Shown: piece after piece, positions 43,964-54,977 of the stretch
How the letters are laid out: every line of letters begins with the position of its first letter
Position numbering within the stretch: position 1 is the first letter of the stretch
IMG/VR virus record: IMGVR_UViG_3300042465_003746
Coordinates: 1-64,000 of that record
Reading direction: 5' to 3' (one strand)
DNA from: a virus
DNA length: 64,000 nucleotides
Made by a program: the position numbers and the translations under genes
The notes under the pieces: generated by a model
What the model saw: the letters and a program-made list of their open reading frames with translations, nothing else
Database searches by the model: none
What the model was told of the DNA's origin: nothing

Positions 43964-44254
43964 ATGAGCACAGGGATAAATTATTATTATTTACAAGAAA
44001 TAATAAATGGAGAATTAGTAATAGATTTTATAAAGACTGATCCATGGTGGAAAAAATATATATTAGAAATAGTAGTTCCATTTAATACTTTTAAAGGTAG
44101 GGAAGACTTTTTAAAAAATAGATATTTTTATTTTAGTGATGGAGAATTTAAAGGCACTAAAACTAAAAGTTCTAAAATAAAAAAAATGAAAATAGTAGAC
44201 TACTTAGAATTACATAATACTGAAGTAGAGAAACCTATTATAAATATATTTTAG
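43964..44254 (+). CDS. Hypothetical protein
   Basis: 96-aa ORF. Confidence 0.55.
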   Translation: MSTGINYYYLQEIINGELVIDFIKTDPWWKKYILEIVVPFNTFKGREDFLKNRYFYFSDGEFKGTKTKSSKIKKMKIVDYLELHNTEVEKPIINIF

Positions 44255-44255
44255 T

Positions 44256-46433
44256 ATGATAGTAAACAATTCTAATTTCCGACTTAAAGATATCCCTAAT
44301 TTTCACCCTGAATTAGAGTACTATGAACGTGTAGGATTTTGGAAAGAAGAGAAACGTAAATGTATAGAAGGATATTGGTCATCGGGAAAGTGGATGCCAG
44401 GCCCTTTATACTACTATGTAAACTTTCATAATATACAATTTGAAGATGAAACTTCAGTAGCTCAAGCATTTGGCTTGCCGTTTCTACGAGATATAGATTG
44501 GGAGTTATTTTTTATATATGAAGAGTGTAGAGGGTTCTCAGGCTTTAGTGACGATAAGAAATTTACATGTGATAGAAAGTACGGTCCTGAAAAAGAACTA
44601 AGTATAAAACTACAAAGAATTACAAAAGCAGAATCAGAATCTAAAATTTATATAACAGCTAGAGAATATCTAAGAAAGAATCACGGTAAATCCCTAGGGA
44701 AGCCTCTATACAAAAATGCTTCTCAACATTTTATGTCTATACAGGCACGGGGATCGGGTAAGAGTTACTCTACTTCAGCAATAGTTGCCCATAACTTTCT
44801 ATTTGATGGTTCAACAGATTATGATGACTACGTAGAAAGAAGAAAGCTAAAACAATATACTTCATCTGAAAGTATTATTGGGGCAATTGATACCAAGTAT
44901 ACTATGCCATTAGTGGATAAAGTAAAGATTGCTCTAGAATTATTACCTGGAACATTTACAATGGGCGATGATATCTATCCGTCACCTTTAGCAGCAGAGT
45001 TCTCAGGTTCACTGCAAGCTAATAAGTTTATTACTTCAGATTTATCTAAATCTAAACTATACCACAGAACCTTTAAAGATAACCCACTAGCAGCCAATGG
45101 TACTCGTCCTAATATAGTAGCACTAGATGAAGTTGGTTTCATGTATAATATAAAGGAATCTTGGGGAGCCATTGAAGCAACACAAGCATCTAAAGCTAAA
45201 AAGAATCTAGTTATATGGGCACTAGGAACAGGGGGACTTGTTTCAGGTAGAGCTGCACTATATGCAGAAAGTATCTTTAGAAATCCTTCTGAATATAACT
45301 GCGTAGAGTTTGAAGATGTATTTGAACACAGAGGAAAGATAGGATACTTTGTTCCTTATTCATTAACAATGAATGAGTTTAAGAAGAATGCTAACAAGGA
45401 CACAGATTTAGAATTAGCTAGAATGTTTATAGAAAATAAACGACAAATAGCTAAGAAATCATCTGACCCTACTGTATATCAAACAGAGATTATTAACGGA
45501 CCTATGGTTCCGAGTGAAGCATTCTTAGTATTAGAAGGAGCATTCTTCCCTACGTTACAACTTAAAGAACAACTAGCTGAAGTAGAAGGAGGTAAGTATA
45601 AAAAATATATGGAAGCTTCTTTTAAGGGACACATTAGTTTTAATGAAAAGAATGAGCCAGAGTTTTACACTCAACAAGATGCTCTACCTATAAGAAGTTT
45701 TCCACTAGGAAAGAACGATGAGAAAAAAGGTTGCATAGAAGTTTGGGTAAAACCCCAAAGAAATGACGAAGGAGTTATACCAAGAGGAACTTATATAGCA
45801 GGAATAGATGTCGTTGACAAAGATAAGTCAACTACTGATTCCTTGCCATCTATAGTTGTAATGAATAGGTACACTCGACAAATAGTAGCTGAATACACAG
45901 GTAGAACTACTGAGGCCAAAGATTTCTACGAAATATGTAGAAAGCTGTTGTTATATTTTAATGCAATAGGGATGTATGAGAAAAACCTTATTGGTCTTTA
46001 TAATTACTTTGATCAAAATAAGTGTACTTACTTGCTAGCAGATACTCCTTATCAATTAAGAAGTACTGATACATATAAAGCAGGTACTAACACTTCTAAA
46101 GGTATTAACGCTTCTGGTACAATTAATGCTGAAGCTAGAAGTATGATTAAATCTTGGCTACAAGAAAGAATATCTACTAATTCTGAAACAAGAGTTTACG
46201 AAACAATCTATTCTCCTGCTATGTTAACAGAGTTAGTGATGTGGAATCCTAGTGGTAACTTTGACCGTGTATCCTCACTAGGGATGCTAATGTGGTTAGA
46301 CGCTACAATGTTCAAAGAAGCTACACAAAGAGTAGTAGAAACTAAAGGTTTTATGGAGAATCCCTATTGGGCAGAGATGGGTGTATTAAAAAAGAAACCT
46401 GTAGGAACCATTAATTCCAATTTTTATCCATAA
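44256..46433 (+). CDS. terL: Terminase large subunit
   Basis: QARGSGKS Walker A, ALDEVG Walker B, GTGG, nuclease motifs AGID...NFDRVS; YYYVNF N-terminal motif. Confidence 0.93.
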   Translation: MIVNNSNFRLKDIPNFHPELEYYERVGFWKEEKRKCIEGYWSSGKWMPGPLYYYVNFHNIQFEDETSVAQAFGLPFLRDIDWELFFIYEECRGFSGFSDDKKFTCDRKYGPEKELSIKLQRITKAESESKIYITAREYLRKNHGKSLGKPLYKNASQHFMSIQARGSGKSYSTSAIVAHNFLFDGSTDYDDYVERRKLKQYTSSESIIGAIDTKYTMPLVDKVKIALELLPGTFTMGDDIYPSPLAAEFSGSLQANKFITSDLSKSKLYHRTFKDNPLAANGTRPNIVALDEVGFMYNIKESWGAIEATQASKAKKNLVIWALGTGGLVSGRAALYAESIFRNPSEYNCVEFEDVFEHRGKIGYFVPYSLTMNEFKKNANKDTDLELARMFIENKRQIAKKSSDPTVYQTEIINGPMVPSEAFLVLEGAFFPTLQLKEQLAEVEGGKYKKYMEASFKGHISFNEKNEPEFYTQQDALPIRSFPLGKNDEKKGCIEVWVKPQRNDEGVIPRGTYIAGIDVVDKDKSTTDSLPSIVVMNRYTRQIVAEYTGRTTEAKDFYEICRKLLLYFNAIGMYEKNLIGLYNYFDQNKCTYLLADTPYQLRSTDTYKAGTNTSKGINASGTINAEARSMIKSWLQERISTNSETRVYETIYSPAMLTELVMWNPSGNFDRVSSLGMLMWLDATMFKEATQRVVETKGFMENPYWAEMGVLKKKPVGTINSNFYP

Positions 46434-46438
46434 ATTTG
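46431..46438 (+). promoter_or_regulatory. -7 promoter box TAAATTTG before the portal gene
   Basis: The same TAnnTTTG box recurs before genes at 54950-54957, 56975-56982 and 62569-62576. Confidence 0.5.
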
Positions 46439-46459
46439 TATCTTAAATAAATTATTACT

Positions 46460-48889
46460 ATGAGTTCTCCAGTTAAAATGCAAGGATATATTAGTTTCCC
46501 TAGACAGAAACTACCTGATTCTAAAAAAGATGACAATTGGTTTAAAAAGAATATGGACTTTGCAGAGCATTTATTAACCTCTGATGTAAACCTACGTTCT
46601 AACTTTAAGAATAAAAAAGCTAACTATAATCTAAGAGCTAATATAATTAACGTCAAGGATTTTGAAAAATTTATTAATCCTGATAATTTAGACCTAGAAT
46701 CCCTTCCTGCATCTTTTCAGCATATAGGAATAGAGAATTCTAAGATTAATTTATTACTTGGAGAATATTCTAAAAGAAAAAAAGAATTTAAAGCATATAT
46801 CTCAGCTAACGATAAAGACGGTATCTCTAGAAAAGAAGAACAATTAATGGAGCAAATTACTTCAGAAATAACTTCTATGATTAAGAGTACTTCTATTTCT
46901 GAAGAAGAAATTAAGAAACGATTAGAGCAATTAAATAAGTATCAAACTTATGATTTCCAAGATATCGCAGAAATAACTGCTAATAAAATCCTTAAGAAAG
47001 AATACAAAGAAGGAGACTTCGATTTTACTTTCCTACGTACTTTTGAAGACCTACTAGTTGGGGGCGAGGAAATAATGTATTGTGGAGTACTTGGGGGTAA
47101 CCCAGTAATGAGACGAGTAAATCCAATGAATCTATATACAATGGGGGGTAACTCTATGTATATTGAAGATGCAGATATTATTGTTGAATACGGATATAAA
47201 TCAGTAGGGCAGATAATAGATGATTATTGGGAAGAACTTTCTGAAGACGATGTAGATTTCTTAGAAAGAGGTAAGTCTGATGCTTCTGCAGGAGGCGGTG
47301 GTATAGGATTAAATAGAGATGTATCTGTTTATGATTACTACGGAGAACAAGGAGCCTTAAGTATTTTCCATCCTAATGAGATGGGGACTAGAACTTTCTC
47401 AGGAGCTTTTGATACTTATGGAAACGTAAGAGTACTTAAAGTATGTTGGAGATCAAGAAGAAAGATTGGTGAATTAACTTTCTTTGATGATGAAGGACAA
47501 GAACAAAAAGATTGGGTTCCTGAAGATTACAAAGTTAATAAAGACTTAGGTGAAACAGTAAAATGGATATGGGTAAATGAGTGGATGGAAGGTACTAAAA
47601 TTGCTGACCACGTTTACACACTAATGCGTCCTGTACCTTATGCTAGTAAATCTATAGTTAATAAATCCAAAGGAACTCCTCCTTACGTAGGAAGTGTGAA
47701 TTCAACAAATGATTACAAAGTACAATCATTGATGGATATTATGAAGCCAATGAGTTACTCTTATGATATTGCTTATTACAAAAGAGAATTAGCTATTGCT
47801 ACTTATAAAGGTTCTTTCACTGCACTTAATTCTTCACTGGTGCCTTCAGGATGGGACCCAAAAGAGTGGATGCGATATGTTACTATAAACAAATTTGCTT
47901 GGCTAGACCCAACTAATGAAATACTTAAAGGGCCTTCTCAAGGTAAATCAGCAGGAGCTTTCAACACACTTACAGCTCAACAAATACAAGTAGGAGATCC
48001 AAATGAAATAGGTATGTATACTAATCTGATGTTGGACATAGAAAATACTCTAGGTAAATTAGCAGGTGTAACAGGAGCCAGAGAAGGACAAATAGAAAAT
48101 AGAGAAGCAGTAGGAAATGTAGAGAGAGAAGTTGCACAGACTAATCATATCACTGAGAAGTGGTTTGCTATAGATGCTAACTTCCGTAAAAGAGTTCTTA
48201 CTAAGTTCCTAGAATGTTGTAAATACTCTTATAAGAAAAATCCTAAGAAAGGACAGTTCTTGTTAGATGATATGGGGCAAGTAATGATTAATAATTTTGA
48301 TGAATTTGTTGCAACTGAATATGACTTACATGTATCTAATGCTACAGCAGATACGCAGTTATACAATGACCTAAGATCTTTAGCACAAGCAGCTATCCAA
48401 AATGGCCAAGCTACTATTGCAGACTTAGCAGCAATATCACAATCAGAATCTGTACAAGAAGTTGCTAGAAGACTTGATGATTCAGCTAGAAAAATCAAAG
48501 AGCAAAATGATGCGATGCAAGAAAAACAACTTGCTGCACAACAGGAAAATGCTCAAATGCAAATGAAAGAGAAACAGGATACCCGTGCATTTGAAGCAGG
48601 TGAAGCAGAAAAAGATAGAGATCTTAAACGAGAAGAAATCGCTTCCAAAGAAAGAATGCATGAACTAGGTCAATTATCTACTCACGTTAGAGAGATAGAA
48701 GGCAGAGAAGATATGGACACAGATAGTAACGGTGTGGGAGATTATTTAGATATCAAACGTACAGAAGTTGACGAAGAATATAAACAAAATCAAATTAGAT
48801 TAGGAGAAGCTAAACTAGCTGAACAAATAAGATCTAATACTGCTAAAGAGAAAATAGCTAAAGAAAAAGGAAATAACCCAACTAAATAA
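46460..48889 (+). CDS. Portal protein
   Basis: 809 aa after TerL; FPRQKL...K..W start, LLLGE, GVT.AREG, coiled-coil tail as in crAss-like portals. Confidence 0.9.
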   Translation: MSSPVKMQGYISFPRQKLPDSKKDDNWFKKNMDFAEHLLTSDVNLRSNFKNKKANYNLRANIINVKDFEKFINPDNLDLESLPASFQHIGIENSKINLLLGEYSKRKKEFKAYISANDKDGISRKEEQLMEQITSEITSMIKSTSISEEEIKKRLEQLNKYQTYDFQDIAEITANKILKKEYKEGDFDFTFLRTFEDLLVGGEEIMYCGVLGGNPVMRRVNPMNLYTMGGNSMYIEDADIIVEYGYKSVGQIIDDYWEELSEDDVDFLERGKSDASAGGGGIGLNRDVSVYDYYGEQGALSIFHPNEMGTRTFSGAFDTYGNVRVLKVCWRSRRKIGELTFFDDEGQEQKDWVPEDYKVNKDLGETVKWIWVNEWMEGTKIADHVYTLMRPVPYASKSIVNKSKGTPPYVGSVNSTNDYKVQSLMDIMKPMSYSYDIAYYKRELAIATYKGSFTALNSSLVPSGWDPKEWMRYVTINKFAWLDPTNEILKGPSQGKSAGAFNTLTAQQIQVGDPNEIGMYTNLMLDIENTLGKLAGVTGAREGQIENREAVGNVEREVAQTNHITEKWFAIDANFRKRVLTKFLECCKYSYKKNPKKGQFLLDDMGQVMINNFDEFVATEYDLHVSNATADTQLYNDLRSLAQAAIQNGQATIADLAAISQSESVQEVARRLDDSARKIKEQNDAMQEKQLAAQQENAQMQMKEKQDTRAFEAGEAEKDRDLKREEIASKERMHELGQLSTHVREIEGREDMDTDSNGVGDYLDIKRTEVDEEYKQNQIRLGEAKLAEQIRSNTAKEKIAKEKGNNPTK

Positions 48890-48978
48890 AGCTATAGCCC
48901 TATAGAAGAAATGATAAAAAATATATAGGCTATTTATAAAAATTATTTTAATATTGTAACCAAATAACGACAGCAAAT

Positions 48979-50166
48979 ATGAGTGAAGAAACTAATGACC
49001 TATTTGAAGGACTTCAAATAATGTCACCAGCTGAGTTAAATTCAGCTATAGAATCTAAAAATGAAAGTGAAGAACCTTCACAAAGAAAAGAGGAGGAAGA
49101 GGAAGAAGAAGAGTTTACTCTTAATCCTGTAGAAGCAGAAAGAGGAGATGATGAAACTACTAGAGAGAATAGAGTAGTTGCAGAAAAAACTGAAAAAAAT
49201 ACTAATTCTAACGAGAATAGGAATGAAGTAGTTTATAAAGCCTTAATGAAGGAACTAGTTACCGCAGGAGTTTTAACCATTGAAGAAATGGAAAAACTAG
49301 ATGAGATGCCAGGAACCTTTGATTCAATTAAGGAATTAGTAAACAAAACAGTTGAAACAAATTTTAAAGCTAAAGAGAGCAATTGGAAAAGTAATATGTC
49401 TTCTGCAAAGAAAAGATTTTTAGAAATCGAAGATGCATTTGATGAAACTGACCAAGCAATCTTAATGGCACAGAGATTAGAGTTCTTTGATACAGTAAGT
49501 ATAGATGCAGTTAAAGCTGATGTAGGTTTGCAAAAACAAATCTATTATGAGCAACTAAAAGCTAAAAACTTCTCAGATGCAGATGCACTAGAAGCAATTG
49601 AAGATGCAGAAGCTATTAATAAATTAGAGGAAAAGTCTTTAAAAGCAATTCCTGAATTAAAGGCAATGTCTCAACATGTAGTTAGTGAGTCTAGAAATAA
49701 TAAAGAATTAAAAACTAAGGCAGAACAAAAAGCTCAAATGGATGCTTTTGAAAACTTACTTGGACATATAGATACAAGAGAATTTTTTATCGATGGTTTA
49801 AATTTAAATAAAATTGCTAAAGATAAATTAAAAAGTAACATAGTAAATCCTGTTTACACAGACCCTAAATCAGGCAAAGAGTTTAACAGTTTAATGTATA
49901 AACAACAAAGAAATCCAGTAGAGTTTGAAATGTTGATTAATTACTATGATACTATGGGATTGTTTAACTTAGATAAGGAGGGTAAATTTAAACCCGATAT
50001 TGCTAAGTTAAAAGCAGTCGCTAAAACAGCAGCTATTAATGAATTAGATAAAGTAATAGCAGCAGAAGAACAAAGAGGCGTAGGTAGAAATACATCTGTA
50101 GAAACCTCTAAGAAAACAGAAGGGATTTTAAGCATGCTTGAAAAAGCAACTGGAAATAATAAATAA
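48979..50166 (+). CDS. Putative capsid scaffolding protein
   Basis: Acidic helical protein between portal and major capsid genes. Confidence 0.7.
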   Translation: MSEETNDLFEGLQIMSPAELNSAIESKNESEEPSQRKEEEEEEEEFTLNPVEAERGDDETTRENRVVAEKTEKNTNSNENRNEVVYKALMKELVTAGVLTIEEMEKLDEMPGTFDSIKELVNKTVETNFKAKESNWKSNMSSAKKRFLEIEDAFDETDQAILMAQRLEFFDTVSIDAVKADVGLQKQIYYEQLKAKNFSDADALEAIEDAEAINKLEEKSLKAIPELKAMSQHVVSESRNNKELKTKAEQKAQMDAFENLLGHIDTREFFIDGLNLNKIAKDKLKSNIVNPVYTDPKSGKEFNSLMYKQQRNPVEFEMLINYYDTMGLFNLDKEGKFKPDIAKLKAVAKTAAINELDKVIAAEEQRGVGRNTSVETSKKTEGILSMLEKATGNNK

Positions 50167-50202
50167 AAATAATTCGTCTAACAAATTAATTAAAAACAAA
50201 AA

Positions 50203-51714
50203 ATGGCTCAATTACTTCCATTACAACGGTATGAAGCTAAAGACTACAATGGTTTGGTTACTGATAACCACTTCCATTCTTTGTATCAACAAAAACCTCA
50301 GTTGATTAGTAATGTGATTAAACAAATCTACAAAACTAACCTACAAGGTAAATTACGTGAATTCGTAGATCGTTTTCCTGTTAAAGAAGTAGAACAAGAA
50401 AATGGTTTCTACAACTGGATGTTGCAAGGACAACATGATAAAAATCTTCCTCTAGTAGATGCTGAAACTATTGACGGACGTACTATCTCTGCAGGGACTT
50501 TCCCAGCAAACGTTGGTGCTAACGGAGAACGTTTCTATTTAGTATTTGACGAGCCTTTGTTCGAAGAAACTAACGTATTACGTGGAGAAGTTGATGATTA
50601 TCATTTGTTGGTTAAGAAATCGATGGACGCAGGTTCTCGTTACAAAGTTGAAGTTGAATTAGTAACTGATAACTCTAATAAGACTATTCCTTCTGAGGAA
50701 TTGACTATTGGTTCTCGTTGGTCTAAATTCTACTCTCTTTCTCCTTCTACATTATCTTACCAAGGTGCTAAGCCTTATTTCACTTCTCCTTGGAGAATGG
50801 AAAATCGTCCTTCTACATTACGTATGGAGTATGAAGTTGCAGGTAACACAATCAACAAAGGTAAGAACGAACCATTAGAGTTTGGATTCTCTTACAAAGG
50901 ACAACAAGAATCTATCTGGGTAAATTACCAAGATTTGGTAGCTCACCACCAGTGTGAAGAAATGTTTGCTCGTATGTTGATGTACGGTAAGAAAAACTGG
51001 ACAGCTGACCACAAATATTTGAACAAAGATGACAAAACGAAATATGCTATCGAATCAGGTGCAGGTTTCTTTGAGCAAATTGCTCCATCTAACGTTCACT
51101 ACTACAACTCTTATGACCTTGATTGGCATTTAGAATTGTTATTAGATATGGGTGTTGGTAAAATTGAAAGAGGTAAGCGTGTAATTCACTTGTTAACAGG
51201 AGAATTTGGTGCTATTGAAATCTCTAAGCAAATCCAAGCTAAATCTGGAACAGGTAAGTTTACTGTAATCTCTGACAAATTCTTAATGTCTAATACAGAC
51301 GCTGGGAACCTAGGTGGTAAAAACACTAAAGGATTGATGGAGCCACAGTGGAACGTGTACGAATGGTACAATGGTGTTGTTATCAAAGTTGAAATCGTTG
51401 ATTTCTTCGATGATGATGTATACTTCCCACAACGTCACCCAGATGGAAAAGGTATCGTAGAATCTCACAGAATCCTTGCTTTGGATTATGGAGACAATGC
51501 AGGTATCTACCGTGTTAAACCAAAAGGAGTTCCTGATTATAATTGGGCTTATATCCCAGGTATGAGAGACCCGTTCTCTCCAGCAGGAAAAGGTTCACCT
51601 AAAATGGTTGCATCACGTGTTGACGGTTATGAAGTACATTTCCAGAAATGGGGTGGATTAATGATTGAAGACCCTACAAAAGTAGTTGACCTACGTCTTT
51701 CAGTAGAAAGATAA
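50203..51714 (+). CDS. Major capsid protein
   Basis: 503 aa; synteny; codon bias of a highly expressed gene (CGT, TTC, AAC, TAC); strong terminator follows. Confidence 0.9.
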   Translation: MAQLLPLQRYEAKDYNGLVTDNHFHSLYQQKPQLISNVIKQIYKTNLQGKLREFVDRFPVKEVEQENGFYNWMLQGQHDKNLPLVDAETIDGRTISAGTFPANVGANGERFYLVFDEPLFEETNVLRGEVDDYHLLVKKSMDAGSRYKVEVELVTDNSNKTIPSEELTIGSRWSKFYSLSPSTLSYQGAKPYFTSPWRMENRPSTLRMEYEVAGNTINKGKNEPLEFGFSYKGQQESIWVNYQDLVAHHQCEEMFARMLMYGKKNWTADHKYLNKDDKTKYAIESGAGFFEQIAPSNVHYYNSYDLDWHLELLLDMGVGKIERGKRVIHLLTGEFGAIEISKQIQAKSGTGKFTVISDKFLMSNTDAGNLGGKNTKGLMEPQWNVYEWYNGVVIKVEIVDFFDDDVYFPQRHPDGKGIVESHRILALDYGDNAGIYRVKPKGVPDYNWAYIPGMRDPFSPAGKGSPKMVASRVDGYEVHFQKWGGLMIEDPTKVVDLRLSVER

Positions 51715-51724
51715 CCTACTATAC

Positions 51725-51767
51725 AAAATGATCCCCTCGGAGTTGAACGCCTCGAGGGGACATTTTT
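51725..51767 (+). terminator. Intrinsic terminator after the major capsid gene
   Basis: TCCCCTCG/CGAGGGGA stem followed by CATTTTT. Confidence 0.8.
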
Positions 51768-51797
51768 AATAAAGAGAATTAACAAACGACAGCAATA

Positions 51798-52736
51798 ATG
51801 GAGACAGCAGAAAAAGAAAAAGTAGTTTTCGGTACATTTTTACAAGATAGAATTGTAGCCGTAAAGCCAGTAGAATCAGGGGGTAAATGGAGTACCTTAT
51901 TAGTTGCAAATCAGGATAACAAAAAAGATCCTTTTTTATACAACAAAGCAAAACGAAGCTACCAAGTTCCACTTAACAGTGAGCAAAGAGGCGGAGGAGT
52001 AAAAGTAGTTCTAGACGATCAAAAGAGAGTTAGAATTCAAAAATACATGGAGTCCTTTCCTAATGGAATGACTCAAAAAGAGTTCTTTGAAAAAGAATTA
52101 GGAGTAGATTTAAACCCTACACTTAAAGCAGAAGATAACTTCTGGAGAACAGATAGAAGAGGTAGAGTAGTATTAACTAAAGAAGGTACTACATTAAATC
52201 TTAATCATTCTCTAGATATGTTAAAGTATCTTATATTATTAGCTAATAAGATGTTAGTATCTCCTTCTTATGATGAAAGAGTATTAAAAGCAACTTACGA
52301 GTTTATGATTGTAGATGAGAGCAAAGTAACAGTTAAGAAATTGGCCGAAGCTAGCGTTAAAGCTAATGCATACATTAAGTTTGCAGAAGTTACTAATAGC
52401 AAGAAATCAACCATTGGATTTATCAAATCTCTTGGAAGAACTATACCTGCAACTGCTACAGAAGATTGGTTGAAAAACGAAGTATTAAATATTGTGGATA
52501 GTAATCCTGAATATTTCTTAGAGATTGTTAATCACCCACAATACAATGAAAGAATTTTTGTACAAGAATCAGTAGAAGCTGGTGCAATTATCCGTAAAGG
52601 AGAAAAGAGATATACTCTTGATAATGGTTCAGAATTAGGTGACCTTACAGATGTTGTAAATTACTTATTAAACCCTGACAATCAAGAAGTAAAAATGAGA
52701 ATAAAAGGAAAAATTGATTTAGCAAAACGTAACTAA
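51798..52736 (+). CDS. Conserved crAss-like head-module protein (gene 75-like)
   Basis: Position after MCP; NFW...LNL...D.LKY..L pattern. Confidence 0.65.
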   Translation: METAEKEKVVFGTFLQDRIVAVKPVESGGKWSTLLVANQDNKKDPFLYNKAKRSYQVPLNSEQRGGGVKVVLDDQKRVRIQKYMESFPNGMTQKEFFEKELGVDLNPTLKAEDNFWRTDRRGRVVLTKEGTTLNLNHSLDMLKYLILLANKMLVSPSYDERVLKATYEFMIVDESKVTVKKLAEASVKANAYIKFAEVTNSKKSTIGFIKSLGRTIPATATEDWLKNEVLNIVDSNPEYFLEIVNHPQYNERIFVQESVEAGAIIRKGEKRYTLDNGSELGDLTDVVNYLLNPDNQEVKMRIKGKIDLAKRN

Positions 52737-52738
52737 TT

Positions 52739-53503
52739 ATGACTGCAAACCAAATGGCCGATGCATTAGAATTAAAACTAGACAGAAGTGATAGTTTTGG
52801 TTCTCCTGGATATGAAGATTTTGAATTATCTTCTGTCTTAAGTGAGGCTAATGAATTGTATGTTAAAAAGTACTTTGATGAATTAAACAACAGAAAGGGT
52901 AAAGGCTTTCAAGAAACAGAGATTAGGGACCAAGGTTTGGGAGCGTTAATAAAAGACGCTCCTTCTCTAATTCCTTCAACTTCACAAGTCGGTATAATAG
53001 TTAATACCGATGTAGTAGGAAAGTTCTTTGACTTACCACGTGACCACATGTATACTATTTACGAAGAATGTATAATAGATAAAACAACATGTGGAACAAC
53101 AAGTAATATAGTAGCTTATGTTATACCAATAGCTCATACAGAAATGCAGAGATTTAGTTGGAGTAAATATAAGAAACCTTTTTATAGAATTTCAGGGGAC
53201 TCAAGAGTATGGAGATCTGAATTTTCTAGACAAGTAACAGGAATTAACCCAGCAACACCTGCAACTGCAAAAAGACACGAAATGTTTACAGACGGTACTT
53301 TTAACATTAACACTTATCATATGCGTTATGTTAAAAATCCTGAAGCAATTGTAGTAGACAGAGATACTCCTGCTAATCAACGTAACTGCGAGTTAGATAA
53401 TTCTACTCACATAGTTATAATAGACATAGCAATGAGTTTAATGTCTGATAGAATAAGAGAACAAAGAATGCAAAACATAGAGCAATTTAAAGAGCTCGAA
53501 TAA
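52739..53503 (+). CDS. Conserved structural protein (gene 74-like)
   Basis: Synteny; YHMRYVKNP...CELD..TH..IIDIA. Confidence 0.65.
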   Translation: MTANQMADALELKLDRSDSFGSPGYEDFELSSVLSEANELYVKKYFDELNNRKGKGFQETEIRDQGLGALIKDAPSLIPSTSQVGIIVNTDVVGKFFDLPRDHMYTIYEECIIDKTTCGTTSNIVAYVIPIAHTEMQRFSWSKYKKPFYRISGDSRVWRSEFSRQVTGINPATPATAKRHEMFTDGTFNINTYHMRYVKNPEAIVVDRDTPANQRNCELDNSTHIVIIDIAMSLMSDRIREQRMQNIEQFKELE

Positions 53504-53534
53504 ATAATAATTATTAATTATAAAACAAACAGAA

Positions 53535-54872
53535 ATGTTAAGAAAAGCAAACAACGTATTCAGCGTTTTACTGAATGATGCTTCTAAGTTAACTTCAGCT
53601 TTGCCAGCAACAACTGCAGGGGTAGTTGTAACTGATGCAAATCTTGAAGCAGGTGCTATTGTTGTAACTGATTTAGGGCTACAAAGATTAAGTGCTGCAG
53701 AATATACTGCATTAGCAAATGGTGACCAATTTCTTGTAGTGCAAGGAAAAGGTGTTGGACAGCCTCTTATGAAGTCTCCAGTATTAACTAAAGGTAAGAT
53801 CAAATTGACTGCAGCTCGTTTTAAAGCAGCTGTTCAACAAGTTACTACAATTGGTTATAATGGAACAACAGGAGCTCTTCCTGTAGCTAATTCAACTGAT
53901 TTCTGGATCAAAATCCGTAAGCGTGATAATGATGCAGCTAACCGTTCTCAACCAATGAGTTTATTTGCAGGACCTGTTCGTACAGACCTTACAGGTACTC
54001 AAGCAGAACTTGCTACTTTACTTGTAACTAGTGGAGCAAGAAACTTTAAAGATGAGCCTGCAAATGGTTATCTAAAATTTGAAATGATTTGTGATAATGC
54101 AGGCGCAGCTTCTACAGCAGCTTCAGGAACTATCACTTTTACTAATGGTTCTAGAGTTATTACAACTTCTGGAGTTACTCCAGCAACTGATTACCCAATA
54201 GGGTCATTTATTAGAATTGGAACTACAGTAACTTCTCCAGTATACAAAGTAGCAGCTGTTAGCAATGCTTTGCAGACAATTACTTTAACATCTGCTTATA
54301 CAGGAACAACAGGTACTTTAACTGTTACTAACCATCAATTTATAACTGCAGTTTTAGCAGCAGCAGCTAATTTTGGAATTACTATAACAGGTAAAGCAGC
54401 TCCATTTAATGTTAATACATTCCGTGATTATTATGCTAACCGTTTTACTGCAACTTTCTCTGATTCTAGTACTTTAAATACACCTACAATGGGAGCTCGT
54501 AATGGTAATGGAGTATGGCAACAAGTTGCTATGGACGAGTACATGAACTATGGTTTTGAAGGTCAAAATAATCAGTTGGCTACTCCAGCATTAAATCGTG
54601 ATCAAGTAGTTAAAATCCCTGGTGTAGGAACTGCAACAGCATTAACTTCTAAATATTGCGCTTTAAACATTGCTTGGGAAGAATCTCTTTCAGGACTTGT
54701 TTCTATGGCAGGTGGAAAAGGTAATGTAGTAGTTTACATTAATCTTACAGATAGTTCAGGTTTAGGAAAAATTTCTACTCCAACAACTACTACAGGAAAT
54801 GAATTCATCACAGTATTTGGAGGTCCTACTGCTTTTGGCGTAGCTGCCCTTACAGATTTGGATGAAATTTAA
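53535..54872 (+). CDS. Putative auxiliary capsid/decoration protein
   Basis: Thr/Ala/Gly-rich 445 aa with its own terminator; position of crAss gene 73. Confidence 0.6.
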   Translation: MLRKANNVFSVLLNDASKLTSALPATTAGVVVTDANLEAGAIVVTDLGLQRLSAAEYTALANGDQFLVVQGKGVGQPLMKSPVLTKGKIKLTAARFKAAVQQVTTIGYNGTTGALPVANSTDFWIKIRKRDNDAANRSQPMSLFAGPVRTDLTGTQAELATLLVTSGARNFKDEPANGYLKFEMICDNAGAASTAASGTITFTNGSRVITTSGVTPATDYPIGSFIRIGTTVTSPVYKVAAVSNALQTITLTSAYTGTTGTLTVTNHQFITAVLAAAANFGITITGKAAPFNVNTFRDYYANRFTATFSDSSTLNTPTMGARNGNGVWQQVAMDEYMNYGFEGQNNQLATPALNRDQVVKIPGVGTATALTSKYCALNIAWEESLSGLVSMAGGKGNVVVYINLTDSSGLGKISTPTTTTGNEFITVFGGPTAFGVAALTDLDEI

Positions 54873-54892
54873 TTTGTAATTCTCCAACCCTC

Positions 54893-54948
54893 AGTAGCCT
54901 GCCACACATTTGCTGTCAACAAAAGTGGTGGGCTACTATATTTTTTTT
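54893..54948 (+). terminator. Intrinsic terminator
   Basis: AGTAGCCTGCCAC...GTGGTGGGCTACT followed by a T run. Confidence 0.75.
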
Positions 54949-54977
54949 GTATCTTTGACAAACTTTAAATTACTTCT

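Noticed and set aside
28442-51714. Introns or inteins in polA, terL, portal or major capsid genes
   Set aside because: All four are continuous, of expected length, and lack intein motifs
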